DNA from: Rhizophagus irregularis
Lineage: Eukaryota
DNA length: 64,000 nucleotides
Assembly: GCF_026210795.1 (NCBI RefSeq)
Contig: NC_089435.1
Location: 496,001-560,000, forward strand
Direction of reading: 5' to 3'
The translations under genes were made by a program, and so were the position numbers. The notes under the pieces are model-generated. The model saw nothing but the letters and a program-made list of their open reading frames with translations. It searched no databases and was not told the origin of the DNA. Below are positions 11,996 through 27,100 of this stretch, piece by piece (within the stretch, counting starts at the first letter, position 1; each line of letters starts with the position of its first letter).

Positions 11996-14149
11996 TTAGA
12001 TATTTATTTGAAAAGAAAGTATTTATAAAAAAAGTATTTAGTTGAGTTTGAAGGAGGAATGAAAGAGATGGAGGAGAGATATGTATTAAAAAAAAAGAAA
12101 AGAACCGTATAAATATTATTTTTTTTGTTGTACAATGATCATAGAAAAAGTATAAATGATATCAATATCTGCAATCAATTAAATCAATTACTCAACAATA
12201 TCAATACGTATAGTTATATTGTAGCTTTTAATTACCTAATCATGATGTATTTACATTCATATACATCTTTTTATTCATATGAATAATTATAATACAACTT
12301 ATAATTATAATAGGAGACAGACACAAACTAACACAAGCCACCGATTTTATTAAGTATATCATAATAATTTATTGCTGCATATGCTTTAAAGTAGGTAATA
12401 TTCTTTTTACCGTATAACGATTTACGATATGATGTAAAATTTCAAGAGAGTTGTCTTTAAGAGATTTAAATGGCGTATGAAAAACTTTTATTCTTAAAAA
12501 AATTTGTTGAAAGAGATGTTTTTTCAATGACTGACTACCATCTTCGTAGTGGATACCATTCTTGCTGAGTTTTTTAGTGCCTAGACTACGTATATTGCAC
12601 TCATACATTGATACCAAAAATTCAATAAGACAAAGTTGCCTTTCAACCTTAATGAAGACCAAGGATAGAAATCGGTATAGGTTAGGACTGCCACCAGGAA
12701 TCCAGGAACTTTTTTCCATAATCATCTTTTTACAAATACTTCAATTATTTGAATCTTTTATTTATATATTCAGTATTTATTTAATTTGGCCGACCACCTT
12801 AATGTTGAGAAGAATTGAAATTATATTATACAAATGTTAACAATCTATTATATGACTTTTTACTTTAATAATTAATTATAATTATTAACTAAGAGGCTTA
12901 ATTTATACATTTAATTGATTTAAAATTTGGTCCATAAATTACTTTATACTAGTAATATTATTATTACTTGTATAACATTTTAAAAAAACTTTTGTTTTAA
13001 AGTTTTATTATAATTACAATATCTCTTGATTTGAAATTTATTTTTTTTAGAAGCTTGTAATTTCAAATATCTTTATTATTTTCGTATACTTTGAAGTTTT
13101 TTTAAATAATTCAATTAAAAAAATGAGGAATTGTAATATAAAAAATATCACGTATAGGCATTATTTATCACATGATAAACAATTTATTGATCATTTGATC
13201 CTATACAAAATGGTCCGATCAATGTCTCATCATCACCGGAATTTTAGGAATCCTTCTCTTGTAAGATGTTGAGAATAAACAATGTTAATAAAATAAATAT
13301 ATCATTTTAACTACCACTAATACCATCTTAAAATTATTATTTCTGACCAATGATAACATTACTTTTGTTCTTATATTTTATTTTAATCCTTGCTTAATGT
13401 CTCGTAGAAAATCTTATGATAAATTCCTTATCTAATATTTTGAATAATTTCATTATTTGTTGAATTATTTCCTAATTCACGTGGTTTTCCTTGTTATTAT
13501 TATTATTTTGTTATTTCTTAATTATTTTTTTTTTGTTATTGTTTTATTCTTTATTTTCTTTGGTTGTTAGATATTATATTTTATTTCACGGGTAAATTTT
13601 GAGGCTGATAGGGCTGAGTTTTTTTTGGTAATTATCATCTATTTTCAGATAATAAATTTTCTTACATTTAATTTAAATTGATTATATTTATCGTGTGATC
13701 ATGCATATTTGTATTTCAGATAATTTGACACTCCGCTATATTTAAGGCAAAAATAATGATTGTAGACTAACCGATATGGAAATTTACTATTGTTTGAATT
13801 TACTTTTAAAGAAAAAAAAAACTTACTACGTGACGCAATGATTTCTCTAAATCAGAGTTAGTAAAGATGACTCATATGTCAAACAAACTATTAGTCAGAC
13901 TTATATCATGTGATAAGAAAATAATATAAAAAAGTACACCTTCTCAACAAAAAAAATCACTACCTAATAAAAAACTCTCCTAACAAAAAAGCAATAGTTT
14001 CCAAGTTCTAAACTCTCCTAACAAAAAAAAAGATGACGGGGACGGTCCATACGAACAACAAAAGACTTTATGGGTAATAACGTCGCCTCCGACCTATGAA
14101 GAAATTAAACGTTAAAATCTAATGTCTAATAAATGTTACTGTTTACTGG

Positions 14150-14705
14150 AATTTTTAAGAGGTGGGTAAAGAGTATTCTATCACCCACTGACCATAATCC
14201 TTGACTGCACACCGCGAAAGCAACGTGCGAAGGTTTATGAGGGCTGACCGAACGGCTTTAAAGGGTTGCAAATAGATGACTGGGGCCCATCGTACCCCAA
14301 GGTTATATCTTTAAAAGTGGAGCCTTGGTTAAGGTACCTGAATATAAGTCATCAGGTTCAAATTCACCGTCTTGAAGATATAGTAGTTGGCTGCCAAGTG
14401 CTCTGGAGTCACTCTTGCAAAGGATCTGATGGTCATAATAGAGAATATAGATGGTGGTGAAGGATACCATGATATATATAGTCACTCCCGAAATGTATAC
14501 TTATCCCTAAGGTAGTTGGGTTATGGTGTACAACCACTTGTCAAAATGGTCACTGTTCACAATACCATTTTGGTATTCACTATTATGGCCTGAAGTGAAT
14601 GAGCTAGAACTAACATAAGGTTTCAATGCTAATTTATAGGGATAAGCGGAAAGAAATGCAATAAAGAGAACTCTACTTCAAGAATTTAAATCGGCTTTTA
14701 TTGCT
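14150..14705 (+). other. GC-richer non-coding segment with dense predicted RNA secondary structure; identity unknown
   Basis: Stems 14161-67/14183-89, 14193-202/14230-39 (enclosing GC-GAAA-GC), 14297-304/14321-28, 14336-41/14352-57, 14500-09/14637-46 (10-bp perfect), ~14658-65/14697-704. Confidence 0.4.
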
Positions 14706-17562
14706 TCGAATCTTTTCAGTTTACATTTTTCATTATTTTATGTTACCACACAATTGGTTGACTGACCACCCAACTAGCGTTATAAGATCAACATACTGTA
14801 TAATGAAGTCCGGCAAAAAAAAATAGAGATATATGTGACGGTATAATCTATAGTCAATAATCATGTATATTAGTGTAGAAAATTTGCAAGGCGCCTTTCG
14901 GCCGTCGTATCACGGCTATGAGCGAATCATGTAATTTATTTACTACATCAATAAATAATTCATCCGAAAAGGCTATACATTGTATTAAGAATATTTTTTG
15001 TGGGATATAGAGATGTATGGTGATAAAAAAGTGAGACCTAAAGTCCCACCTGAATAAAATAGATCACGTCCTAGTTGTAATCGAATATGCAATCTGAATT
15101 TGATAATTAATGCGCAGTAACGTTGTATCCCAGGAAAGCGTAATTTATTCTCGAACTTTCTTGCATATACTCAAAGTTTTACGTATAGATCTTTGTGGTA
15201 TAAATCCATTGATCAGATTTTCATGATGCGATCATATTAACGTAATCTTCCCTAAAGTGTATTCCAAAATTGACCCTGCAAATTATATAAAAAGGTGAGA
15301 CCCTGATTAGTGAACTCTTTATCTATCTTGTGCAAGTAAGGTGAAAAAATAACAAACGAACAATCAAACTTACCATTATTTACATCATCAATAATATTAA
15401 TCAAACGAACTCGTATATGTCGCAAATTGATAAAAGGTATGTTGGTTTTGTTGCTCGACTAGTTTCTAAAAGAACATCATCACAATGTTAATCGATTTTT
15501 CCGGCTCTATAGATGCTCAAAGTCAAAGCGGGCATATTACTATTCTTGATCTTTTAACATATTTGATATTCGCCGAGAAATCGTGATCTCTAGCACGTGC
15601 CTCATCGGCGCAGTGAAATTCAGAGAAAAAAAAATCTCAACCGTGGCCTGACCATGGAATTTGGCGTAGTATCATTCCTGCCGATAAAAAAAAATCGAAA
15701 CACTTTTATTATAACGCATTAAGCAATGAATACGAGACAGAATTGAATGTTATTAAATGGATCATAGTAGTAAGTGTAAATCAGAAATATTGCTTATTTT
15801 TTTTACCTCATTGCTAAATCTTCCGAATTTATACTTAGGTTCGTAATTTCCTATTCTCGGAGAAGTTCTCTTGCTAGAATATTATTATTTTATTTAGTGT
15901 TGTATGGGCGGGAGTGATGTACTGTAAATAGACAAAACTTTTATAGATATGTGTGGGATAATTTATTTCGGAAATCTAGTGTAGAAAAAGCTGAGAATCT
16001 ATAGTGATAGAAGCAAATTGGTTATAGATATTTTTCGGAAACGTGAGAGAACAAAGAAAAAACTTGACCCACTTTGAAAACATCATACAATTTATTCGCT
16101 TAACACAGTCCTATTTCTTGGATTAAATTTCCAGATTTGCAATAAATAATAAAATTGTGTACTTGTGTTTGGCCACGTTATTTATAATAATGTGCATGTG
16201 GGATCTGTGTCTATCCTTACTATGATATACAACACAAATCGCAATTCGTAACTCATAATCCTGCGCGTTGACCTGATTAATTTCGATGTCATATGATCGC
16301 TCGAATTTTTATAAATAGCTTGAATTTCATTGCCATATCACAGATGACTTTCTTTGAAACACCCGCAAAATACTGGAGCTTGGACACAATTGCATCACAC
16401 TATTGTTATTACGAAGACAACGTTTGTCGCATTCTCGACTATATTTAGAAAGACTGATGCTCAGCAAGTAAAATAACTTCTGGGTCCTGACTGGACGATA
16501 CGTAAATAGCATTTTGATGTTTCTCTGAATGGAGATACGCGTCATATGGAGCAAAATCAATGTCAAAGGTCCGCAACCAAATTATTTATTAGTATTTTAT
16601 TTTTATTTTTAAAATATGCGACAAAAGCTGGACTACAAGTAAACGCTAGCAGACCGAATTACAAAAACGATACAAAACTAGACTAATGCGAGTGGCTAAA
16701 TTAGCAGTGAATCTGAATCACGTGATTCCTGATTTACGATATAAGTCAAAATTTCTTATAATTATGTCATTTAATAGTTGCGGTTGCGACTTGTCTTTTT
16801 ATAATGAAGCACTACAATAATGTTAAAAGGCGCACAAAACTGTAAGGGCTGAAATAGAACTCAAACAAGAAGTAGAAGAGTGTTTTAGACAAAGCCTTTT
16901 AAGTATGTATTTGAAAAATCGAAAATAGGATGGTATAAAAGTAACTCCAGTTGTTTGTCTTTTTATCAAAAAATATTTTCGCAACATAGATAAATCAATT
17001 CTTTGGATTTTACACAAAGTTTTTGGAAAAAAAACAACACCACCATCAAGTTTTTTCAGAAGCATAAGTAAACAAAAAGCAGCCGACCACCTAAAATTCA
17101 ATAAAATAAGCTGTTTCTCATTAATAAATTTACATTTATGTAATGAAAAACCTATTTTGAGAATAAAATCATATAACATTACATATGATTGATCTACATA
17201 TGATACCGTACTGGCTGTACGGTACAGAATTTTTGAAATTTTTGGAAAAATGATCAACAGTAACATACAGGTTTGCAAATGCTTACTAGTACTGAATAGC
17301 CTACTACCTTCTCAAGTCTCTTGCTTGCAAGAAAAAAATGTTCGAGAAACCAAGATAAAAGGTTTCTGGTTTGGTACTAACTATTTGGTTTTGTAGGACG
17401 AGTGAGATTACAGGGCTTTGACGTGGAAAAAGGTTGGGCTACACGCTAGGCCATGTTTGCCTTTGTACCTTTGTCTAAACTTAGTCAGTGTTTCTTTAGT
17501 CGTAGTTTTTGTGATTCTGTTCTTCCAGTATTAGAGATAGAGATAGTTGTTTTGTTTTTAGG

Positions 17563-17711
17563 CCCTATAAAAACGAAATGTGTTAAATTTGTTGTTCATG
17601 TGTAATAAGTGTCTAAAAAAGCACCATTTTGTCCGATTACAAAAAAAAGAAAATTAAACAAAATGGTGCTTTTTTAGGCATTTATTACACATGAACAACA
17701 AATTTATAGGG
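17563..17711. mobile_element. Small hairpin MITE with CCCTATAAA...TTTATAGGG ends and 3-bp TSD (AGG)
   Basis: ~48-bp inverted arms at 17585-17632 and 17658-17706. AGG at 17560-62 and 17712-14. Confidence 0.65.
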
Positions 17712-18004
17712 AGGATAGATTAATGTTTTGTTATAGAGTCATATCATGTTGCACGTATGATTCTAGGTATTTCTGTAGTTGGATATCTATCATTAATAAA
17801 GAAATGCGTTACAAAAAAAAACAATTATATATGTAAGCGTAAAATATTATTTCTCTAATAAAATGCTGATCTCCACGAGAGTAAAATTTAAAAAAAAAAA
17901 TTATGAGCGATTATAATTAAATTTAAAGATCACTGAATTTAATTCTTTTTTTACTTTATTTATGTGGGCAGTAGACTATGTTTAATTTTTTATAAATTAA
18001 CAAG

Positions 18005-18261
18005 AGGAACTTGGGAGACTTCTTGCATCAAACGAGGACTTTTTAATTACCATCGATGATAAGAAATTGCCTGAAATTCCTTTCAATTACGTACAACCTT
18101 CCAACAACAACACACCCCGACCTAACAACACGCCCCCATTTAACAACACATCCCAGCCTAACAAAACGCCTCCATTTAACAATACGCCTCTTCCTAACAA
18201 TACTGAGATGCCAGTAATTTCTGTGAGAAATGCTGAAAGTTTGAACGCTAATAGCAATTAA
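18005..18261 (+). CDS. Possible terminal exon with N/P/T-rich 6-aa repeats; rest of the gene not resolved
   Basis: Open frame after an AG: ..ELGRLLASNEDFLITIDDKKLPEIPFNYVQPSNNNTPRPNNTPPFNNTSQPNKTPPFNNTPLPNNT. The 18-bp repeats vary at synonymous positions. Confidence 0.3.
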
Positions 18262-20684
18262 TAATATAAAAACGACAATGAGAATGAGAAAATGAATTAC
18301 TCAAATAATAATGTATTATTTTTCTCATTAAAATTTTTTTTTTTGTTTAATTTATTTTTCTTTTAGGGTCAAAATAACAACCAAAGTTAATATTAAATGT
18401 CTCCAATATGTATAATATGGAGTCGTTTAAAATCTCGACGAATCCCGTTACAACACAAAACTCATTAACCCGACACTTATTGTCCCGATATATTATTACT
18501 TTTATAGTCGTAATATTATTGTAATACTTTGTAATAATTAATCCTTTTATTAATATGTAATAATTTTTAAAATATATCGCAAAAATTAAATAAAAATTAA
18601 TATATTTTTAATATTTAAATGGGAATCTGGCGTCCGTGGCGTCAAATAAAAGTAAAATTATGTGAAAAAATTATTATAAAAAACTAACTATTTGAAACTT
18701 TAGAATAAATATTATGTATTAAAATACAGTATGTTAGTATTGAACAGGTTCACATAAAGAGAATGAAAATCGGGCATCTGAAAAAAATTACTTATGATCG
18801 ACATAAAATCATATACGGATCAGTCGGATCATGAATCAAGAATTTCGCAAAAATTGCAAAAATATATAAAAATTAATGTCTTTTATAAAAAATACGTTAC
18901 AATAATTAAATACTTTGCAAAAATTAATGGTTTTAATGAATATTTTTATTATTAATAATTAATGATTTTAATAATACATCACAAAAATTAACAATTAATA
19001 TTTTTTTATTGATATGTAATGATTTTTTATAACGCTTCACAAATATTAATGTTTTATTATAAATGTCATCCCTGATACAGAATCAGTAAAATACATTTCC
19101 TGAAACCAATCTTCAAAAACAGTTGTCATGAGGGATTTTTGTGTCTACTAAAAAAACTGCGTCTTGTTACATTTTTTTTTCAAACATGTACTGTATATGT
19201 AGTATATATTAAGAATGAATAACTAATTTCGGCGTAGAAACAATAATTTAAGTGAAGATTCTTTAACGATTGTATGAAAAGATAGGTTTGATAGGTAGTA
19301 TGATACAATATTTTGCATAGTCATACGATTAATCACGTGATCATCTGCCACTTCGCATGAGTAACGTGACTAATTTGTTAGTTGTGAGGCGTAGTATTAT
19401 ATTTAGTTTAAGATTATTATTTCTGCGGTCCGTATTAATGACATTAAACTATCAAAATGGGCTAATCATAACTCCGGGATCACGAGTATAAACTGAGCTA
19501 GTTCTTGTGTTCACTTTTATTTTTAGGGATTGGGAATAGGATCGTAATATTACTTTATAAGGATATAGGATGAAGATCAAGAATTGCGAATTTTGAAAAG
19601 TTTATAATTATGAAAAGTGGAAAACGACATTGGGAATCACTTCAAGAAAAAGCATCACTAATATCAAAATTTGTTGGGATCAAAAATTGGAAGACTTCAA
19701 AAAGGGAGAACTGAAATATTTTTGTGGTCTTAGAATTTATTTCTATGAAAATCATTTATTAGAATATACAGTAAATAGGGGTAAATTTAGACCTCATGAA
19801 AAGGGACGAATTATTAGGAATTAACAGAATTTACGATCATTTATTAGAAATTATCTTATTAGGAAATATTATTAAACCAAGCATTTTATTATTTTGTCGT
19901 AATTTTATATTATTAATAAAAATATCATTTTTGTTAAGACTATGATTATCACGGGCGTAGGTCTTACAATACTTATATCGACTTATCAGTTATCATCCAT
20001 TTATAAAAAGATTTTAGATGAATATTAAAAAATCTTACAATAAGTCACTTTTAATTTGACTTACTGGAAAATTATATAGCAAGTCTATTTATTACAAAAT
20101 TAGGTCCTAGTATTAAATATATTTTTCAGTCCTACTATTATAGTAAAATTAAACACTATGTAAAAAAGAATTTTTTTTTTTTTTTTTTTATTACCAAATT
20201 TATTGTAACATAATTTAATTTAATAATAGAATGAAAATAATGCATAAAAAAACCAAGTAAATTTTGGTAATTTTTTTTAAACTTCATCTATATAACAAAA
20301 AATATGTCTGAACAAAAATAAAAGAAAATTTGCTTTTCATCAATTGAATAACAATCATTGATTAAATTATTTGAATATTAATAAGGATACTATCTATTCA
20401 TTAAGTATGACAATCAAATTTGTTAAACGCAAATTATTATTCTCTGAAAAAAATATAAATATAAAAATAAAAAATAAAAAAAACGTAATTATTTAATTAT
20501 ACTAAATAAGTAAATGGTAGTAATATTTTTCTTTTTTTGGTTATGAGGCGTAAAATTATTACGCCTCAAGGTCACAAAATTTATGTGAGACAACATGAAA
20601 TTTTGATCAACAATTTGCATTTTACTAATTTATCAAGTGAATGAACTTAAAATAATTCATTCATCCTTTCTTATTGATTACATT

Positions 20685-22971
20685 ATGTCCACCCTTCGAA
20701 AAGAATTAATTTATACAACAATTAATAGAGCATTTACATTAACAGATACTAATATTTACAATGATATACACAAACAATTTGAATTTCAAAAACAAACAGT
20801 CCTTGCTGATAAAATTCTTACAAATGATGAAAAAACTTTCGCAATAAGAGATTTAACTAAAAATTATGATCAAAGTAAAGTTAATCATAATTCAGGAACA
20901 AAAAGAATTTGTGAAAATTGTAAGCAAGAATGTTTGGCCACATTATATTGTGAATTTTGTGTTCGAAATTATTTAAAAGAAGATTTTTCAAATTGGACAT
21001 CTGGAAATGATGATATTGATAATTTAATACAGAAATGTCAATTGGAAACAACTAGACCAAATGTAATAGTTGAATGGATCCCATATAGTAATTTAAAAAA
21101 TATTAAATATTTAACGAAAGGTGGATTTTCTGAAATTTATACAGCAGATTGGATTGACGGAGCGTATGAAGAATGGGATTCTGAAAAAAAACAATTAAAA
21201 AGAATTGAAAGACCTGGAATACAAAACATAGTGGTAGAAGTAATACTTAAAGCGTTAGAAAATGTTGAAAGTGCAAATCAAAGTTGGATTGAAGAGGTTT
21301 GTATTATTGTATTCTATATTTTATAAAATTGTTGTAATTTTTGTATTAGCACTAGTATTTTTACAATATTATCTTTTAGGCTAAATCGCATTTAACTATA
21401 AGTAATAAATGGGCAGATGTTGTTCGATGTTATGGTTTAACGCAAAATCCATCAAATGGAAATTATATGCTTGTAATGTATAAAATGGATATGGATTTAA
21501 GAAAATATTTACAACAAAATCATAATCAACTTACATGGAAAGATAGAATGAAAATTATTGAAGAAATAACTGCTGCACTTTATTATATTCATAAAGAGAA
21601 AGCAATTCATAGAGATTTGCATTCTGGAAATATATTATATTTACAATATAATAATTCCTGGTGTATTAGTGATCTTGGATTTTGTGGACCTGCTGATAAA
21701 TCTTCAACAAGTATATATGGAAATCTTCCATACATAGCACCCGAAGTTATTGTTGGAAGAGAATATACTTTTGCATCTGATATTTATAGTATTGCAATTC
21801 TTATGTGGGAAATTTCATCTGGACAAACACCATTTATAAATTATGAACATGAAAATGACATTGTAATGAATATTATTAACGGTATAAGGCCAAGAATTGT
21901 GCCAGGAACTCCATTAGAATATAAAAATTTAATGAAAGAATGTTGGGATGTTGATCCATTAAAAAGACCTGACGCTTATGCACTTGCAATTAAAGTGAAT
22001 GAACTTAATTTATATTTTCAAAATATGACAGATGAATTATTCAAATCAGAAATGGATAATTTAGAAATGAATAAAGTAGAAGAAAATTATACGAGTAGCA
22101 GATTATTTACAAGTAAAATTCACAACTTTGGAAATCTACCTGAACCAAGAAATGCAACAGAAGGTATATATAAGTGTATAATATTTTATTAATGAATATA
22201 TTATTTTAAAATGCATTATTAATGTTATCTTTTTATTATAACAGAAGAACAAGAAGGTATAACCGTATAAACAATAATTTCTACCATTTTTTGGTTACTA
22301 TAATAATTTAATTTTTAAATACTTTATTTTACTACTAATAGTGTTTCATAGTAAATTGTATGATTTTAACATTCCTGACAATAGTAAGTATTTAAATAAC
22401 ATTATAGCGTTGAATTATCATATAATGATTAATTTATCTTTTTTTAGTTGAAGACTTTAATAAATCAAATGAGCAGAATAGTAGCAAATCATCAAAAGTA
22501 ATTACTATTTTTAGAGGTAATATATTTTAATTATTGTCAAATCGAGATTGATTTATATATTAAATCTATATCTTAATTTTTAGATAGTAATAAAAAATTA
22601 TCTAAATTATTTAAAAAGTTGCAAATAAAGTCAAATAGTAAGTAAATTATTAACAAATAAAGTTACTATATCAATTTAATTTATTAAACGCGACTTTTAT
22701 TTAAAATTTAGATGACGAAAAAGAAAAAACTCAAAAATATGTCGATGGTAGGTGAAAATTTTATGTAATAACAAACAATTTTAATACCGTTTTAATTCTA
22801 TTTACTTATCTATTACAGGTGATGATGAAGTATATAATAATCCAAACTTTCATTCAAAAGAACAAGATGAACTGGAAATTCCTGATGGTAAGCTCTTAAA
22901 ATAAAGTAGAAAAAATAAATTCTTTATAAAGCAAATAATTAATCTATTTTTTATCTTTAGATGGATTTTAA
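20685..22971 (+). CDS. Tyrosine-kinase-like protein kinase of the expanded Glomeromycotina family; multi-exon
   Basis: Exon 1 20685-21296 (CENC..CEFC, WTSGN, GGFSEI, VILK). Intron 21297-21379. Exon 2 has HRDLHSGN, DLG, APE. Several micro-exons follow, ending DGF-stop at 22971. Confidence 0.9.
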
Positions 22972-24064
22972 ATTGTCTTTTTATAAATCAAATTAACAAT
23001 ATTTTTTTTATATTTTAAATTATTGTCACTTATTTATTTATCATGTATTATTTAAACACTAAGACTAGAGTACAATATTCTTAGTTTGTAATATAAATAC
23101 CGTATATTGATTTAATGAATTATTTCACAAGGTTTATATTTATTTATTTTATTTTATTTATTTGTGAAAAGAGAATTAAAGACAAATTGATGTATTATAT
23201 AAGTTCGGTAGCCTTCAAGATGTAATCTAGTTAAATTTTTATATTTTTAACTTTTTTTATCTAAATCCTTAAATGATATAACTTTTAATAAATAATTATT
23301 GAATAAATTTTACTTTGATGCTTTTCATTCTAATTACATATTTAGTAATAGCACGTTACATTCTAGGTTGTCGCACTAAAAAAAGTTTAAATCTTGGAAT
23401 TTTTTTTTTATTTAAATAAAAAAAACTTGTTATTAAGCAATAACATCATGACTAATGAATGCTCAATTTCTGAAAATTTATTTCCTGCTGATAATCATGA
23501 AAATTATAACTAGCCCAATCAAATGATTTATACCAGATGACGTCATTGTATTTGAATATGAAAAAGTATTGGGTGAAAAAAGAAAAATTTAAAGCCCAAG
23601 AAAAAAAATATTTGCATAATTGTCAAGAATTTAATTTATTTATCCATTATATAAACTAAACTATAAATTCAAATTTAATATTTTTTCCAAAAAGAAATAT
23701 CGATTACTTGTTATAATTTAATTAGGAATTAATATGATATATAGTTATTTTTGTAATATTATGACGAGAATTATTGTTTGTGTTTTCTTAATACGCATAT
23801 TTGGAAACTGTAATAAAAATAACATACATGACAAATTGTATTTGTATCTTTTTTGAAATGTAAATTTGTTATTTAATGATATGATAAACTAATTTTTTTT
23901 TATAAAAAAAAATTGCATAAAATTATTATTAAAAAAAAACGGAAAAGAAATATTTCACTTACCTAATAAAAATTTGTATGATGAGAATAAATTATAAGAT
24001 CTTTCTAACTATAAACCTTTTCCTTAATTAAATGAATCGTGGGGACAAATTTCTTAAATACAAA

Positions 24065-24153
24065 TCAGTCCAGTCCTGGCTCAATCCGGTCCAGGCTGAA
24101 AAATTTTTGATTTTTGGGACTGGACCGGACCGGACTGAGCTAATCCAACCCTA
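24065..24153. mobile_element. Fragment of a hAT-like MITE end
   Basis: GGACC/GGTCC subterminal repeats in both orientations, ending ...CCAACCCTA. No matching opposite end found. Confidence 0.35.
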
Positions 24154-27100
24154 GTTTTAGTATTTATTTTACAAAATAAACAAAACAGTATTTTGTTATT
24201 CCATTTTTTTTGCTTAAAAAATAATCTAATATTATAACTTTGTAGAATTTTATTTTTTTGAATGATACAGTTGATTTCAAAAAGGTGTGACAAGGCGCAG
24301 ATAACGAAAAGATTCTCAAATTTATTTCAAAAAAAAAATAAAAATCAATTTATTAATAGTACTAAGATTATAATTATTTCTTAAATTATTGTTTATAAAC
24401 ATTAAAAGAAAAAATATTAGCAACTGAAATTAATAAAAAACCAATGACAGATGCGCATCTTTCCAATTATTATAAATAACTAAAAATAAAAAGGAATAAT
24501 GATTTTTTTTTTTCAAAAATAAATAAAATAAAATAAAGTAAAATAGTATTTATTTAATAGAATTGCATAATAGCACGCAACTATAGATCTGCACCTAAAA
24601 TTTTAAGTCAGTTAAAACTTATTTCTGGTCAGCATTAATATTTGACTGGAATTAATACGAAAATTTTCTCTTAATTCTGGCCAGAATTACTTCATGTATC
24701 TTCACGTGATTAAATCGGAAAACCGAAATACCGAATACATATGCAAATGATGGATATATATACTTTATTAATAAATTAATAAATAGTTAATAATTATGTA
24801 CAATAATAATATAATAAAATACAATAAAATATTGAAATGATGAAATGATAAAGAATGAGTATAAAGAAATAAGTATAGATGATATCGTTGCATATCTAAC
24901 GAAACTTAAAAACTAAATCGATTATGATCTTTGATATAAACAATATCCAGTTATCTGTCGTTAAATTACTCCAAGTATACGGTAGATACTTACATTGCGA
25001 GATCATCTTGAATCTAAATACTGTTTCCGCGTAACATAACTTTTCAACAAGTGTTGTTGAAAATTTAGCTTAAGTATATATTTTAAATATATAAGAAACT
25101 ATATTCTCTGTTACAATTTCATTATACTAAATATCATAAACTTCATGATCTCATATTTTAACTGGATTAATTAACCGGTTAAATTATCGTACAGGTTAAC
25201 AGTCATCTTAATCAGTTCTAAATTCTAGTGTCAGAAACTATGTGACAAAATGGACGGAATCGATTAAAATTCAAAAGGTTTTTATATAAAGGTTCTGATA
25301 CTACACGTTAAAATGATTCGCGACATTAATCACAGTAATTTAAAAAATATGGGTGTCTAATTTATCGATATATATCGTATACGTATACGTTAAGCTACTC
25401 TTAAACAAGCAATTTTTAATACTCTACGCCCAAATACTACTCCAAAGATTATTCCTTCCCCGTATTTTTTAGTAGGATTTAACCTTTGATTTTGAATTCA
25501 AATATTTTAGCGTTATCCCAATAACCGGAGAACATATTGTACATATTGTTGTTACTTGGGATCTAAAATATGGTTAATATCGATTAATATCGACGTTTTT
25601 ATATGTTAACTATAAAGTTCAAACTGATTCGTACAATTTTTAAGGTCCAAATATTAATAATCAATTAAAGTTTTATTTATTTATTTATTTATTTTTAACG
25701 AATAAGTAAAAAAAAAATACTGACAAATAAAAACCTATTAAATTATTAGAATATATTAATTTTTGAAAATACTGTAAAAAAGATATCGTAAAAATGCATG
25801 CTGCGCACTTTTTTAAAAAAATTTTTACTACCGGTTAAAGATATGAAAATCACGATTTTTTTTATCTGATTTTCAAAGGGCATAAACAATCCAGACTTCT
25901 TTTGGTATAGTACATACAAATCATTCATTCATTTGTTACTATTTTTGGTAAAATATTATGATGATTTTGCGCAGTAGTATCCAAATTAAATCAATCAATT
26001 GTATAAACACATTTCCAATTTGTCATTTCTTTAGAAATAATATCTTATGTTCGGTGCTTGTGTATAATATACCCCGATTAAATCCGATTAAATTCATGCA
26101 TCAATCTAAATAAGACCAAATTTTCCTATACTAGAAATAGGTTCAATATAATTCGCCTATGCATCATGCAGCAAGCCCCATGACTGTGTCAGAGTCATAC
26201 AGAATCATACTTGATTGACGTATTCTCGCATAGATCGTCTCCCGTTAATTCTATACAAAGAGAGCCGAAGTCACTACCGGTAATAAGTTTCTATGCTTCA
26301 TCTGCATTAGGTTATGCCACAAAAAAAAAAATGATGCAAGCAACAAGGCTAGACTTCTTTCAGCGTACAACACTAAAGCAATAGGAAAAGATTTACCATA
26401 CCGCCCAAGAGTTGTAACGCCTTACAGTCTTACACTATTATTTTTAAGAATAAGTGTTTGGAGTAATGAAGTTATATTTTAAAGGTAACAATTAAAATAG
26501 GATTTAAGGGGGAAAAGATGGATGTCTTAGGAATAACGAGATACATAAAAATATTAATATACTTTGTTATAAAGTATTTTTACTCGATTATTTTCACAAC
26601 TTAAATAATTTAAGATAGATACGAAGTAATAATATATTGATTAATAATTTAAACATTCCTATAAAGTAATTAAATAAATTAATAAAAATATACTTTAACT
26701 TAATAGAAGCCTAAATATAAAAATTATATGCAAGGCATCACGACGAGTAAGTTTTTTCATAACAAGTTTTAAACAGGTTTTAATAGGATTTTGATCATCA
26801 CTCGACATGCCAAATGATAATTGAATATTAACGTAGTCTACCGGCCGGTAAGGAATAAAATTTTATTATATTTGAGTTTCTAAACTCGTAGAATATTTTT
26901 CGTAATATCGAGCTAATTGATTTTTAGTTTCCAGAGATAAAATAACAAAAGTTAACAATATTTATTTTATAAACATCCTAAAAATTCGACCGATACTTGG
27001 AAATTATGATATATGAAAATTTTAATTTGGTATATACTACAAAGTGAAACGGAAAGCACTATTATTTCTTCGCAAGTTGATTTATTTTATATGTAAAAAC

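Noticed and set aside
12369..12840. Overlapping ORFs of 118 and 92 aa
   Set aside because: No recognisable domain; may be a decayed gene but I cannot support a call.
16823..17278. 151-aa minus-strand ORF
   Set aside because: Non-ATG start and no recognisable motifs.
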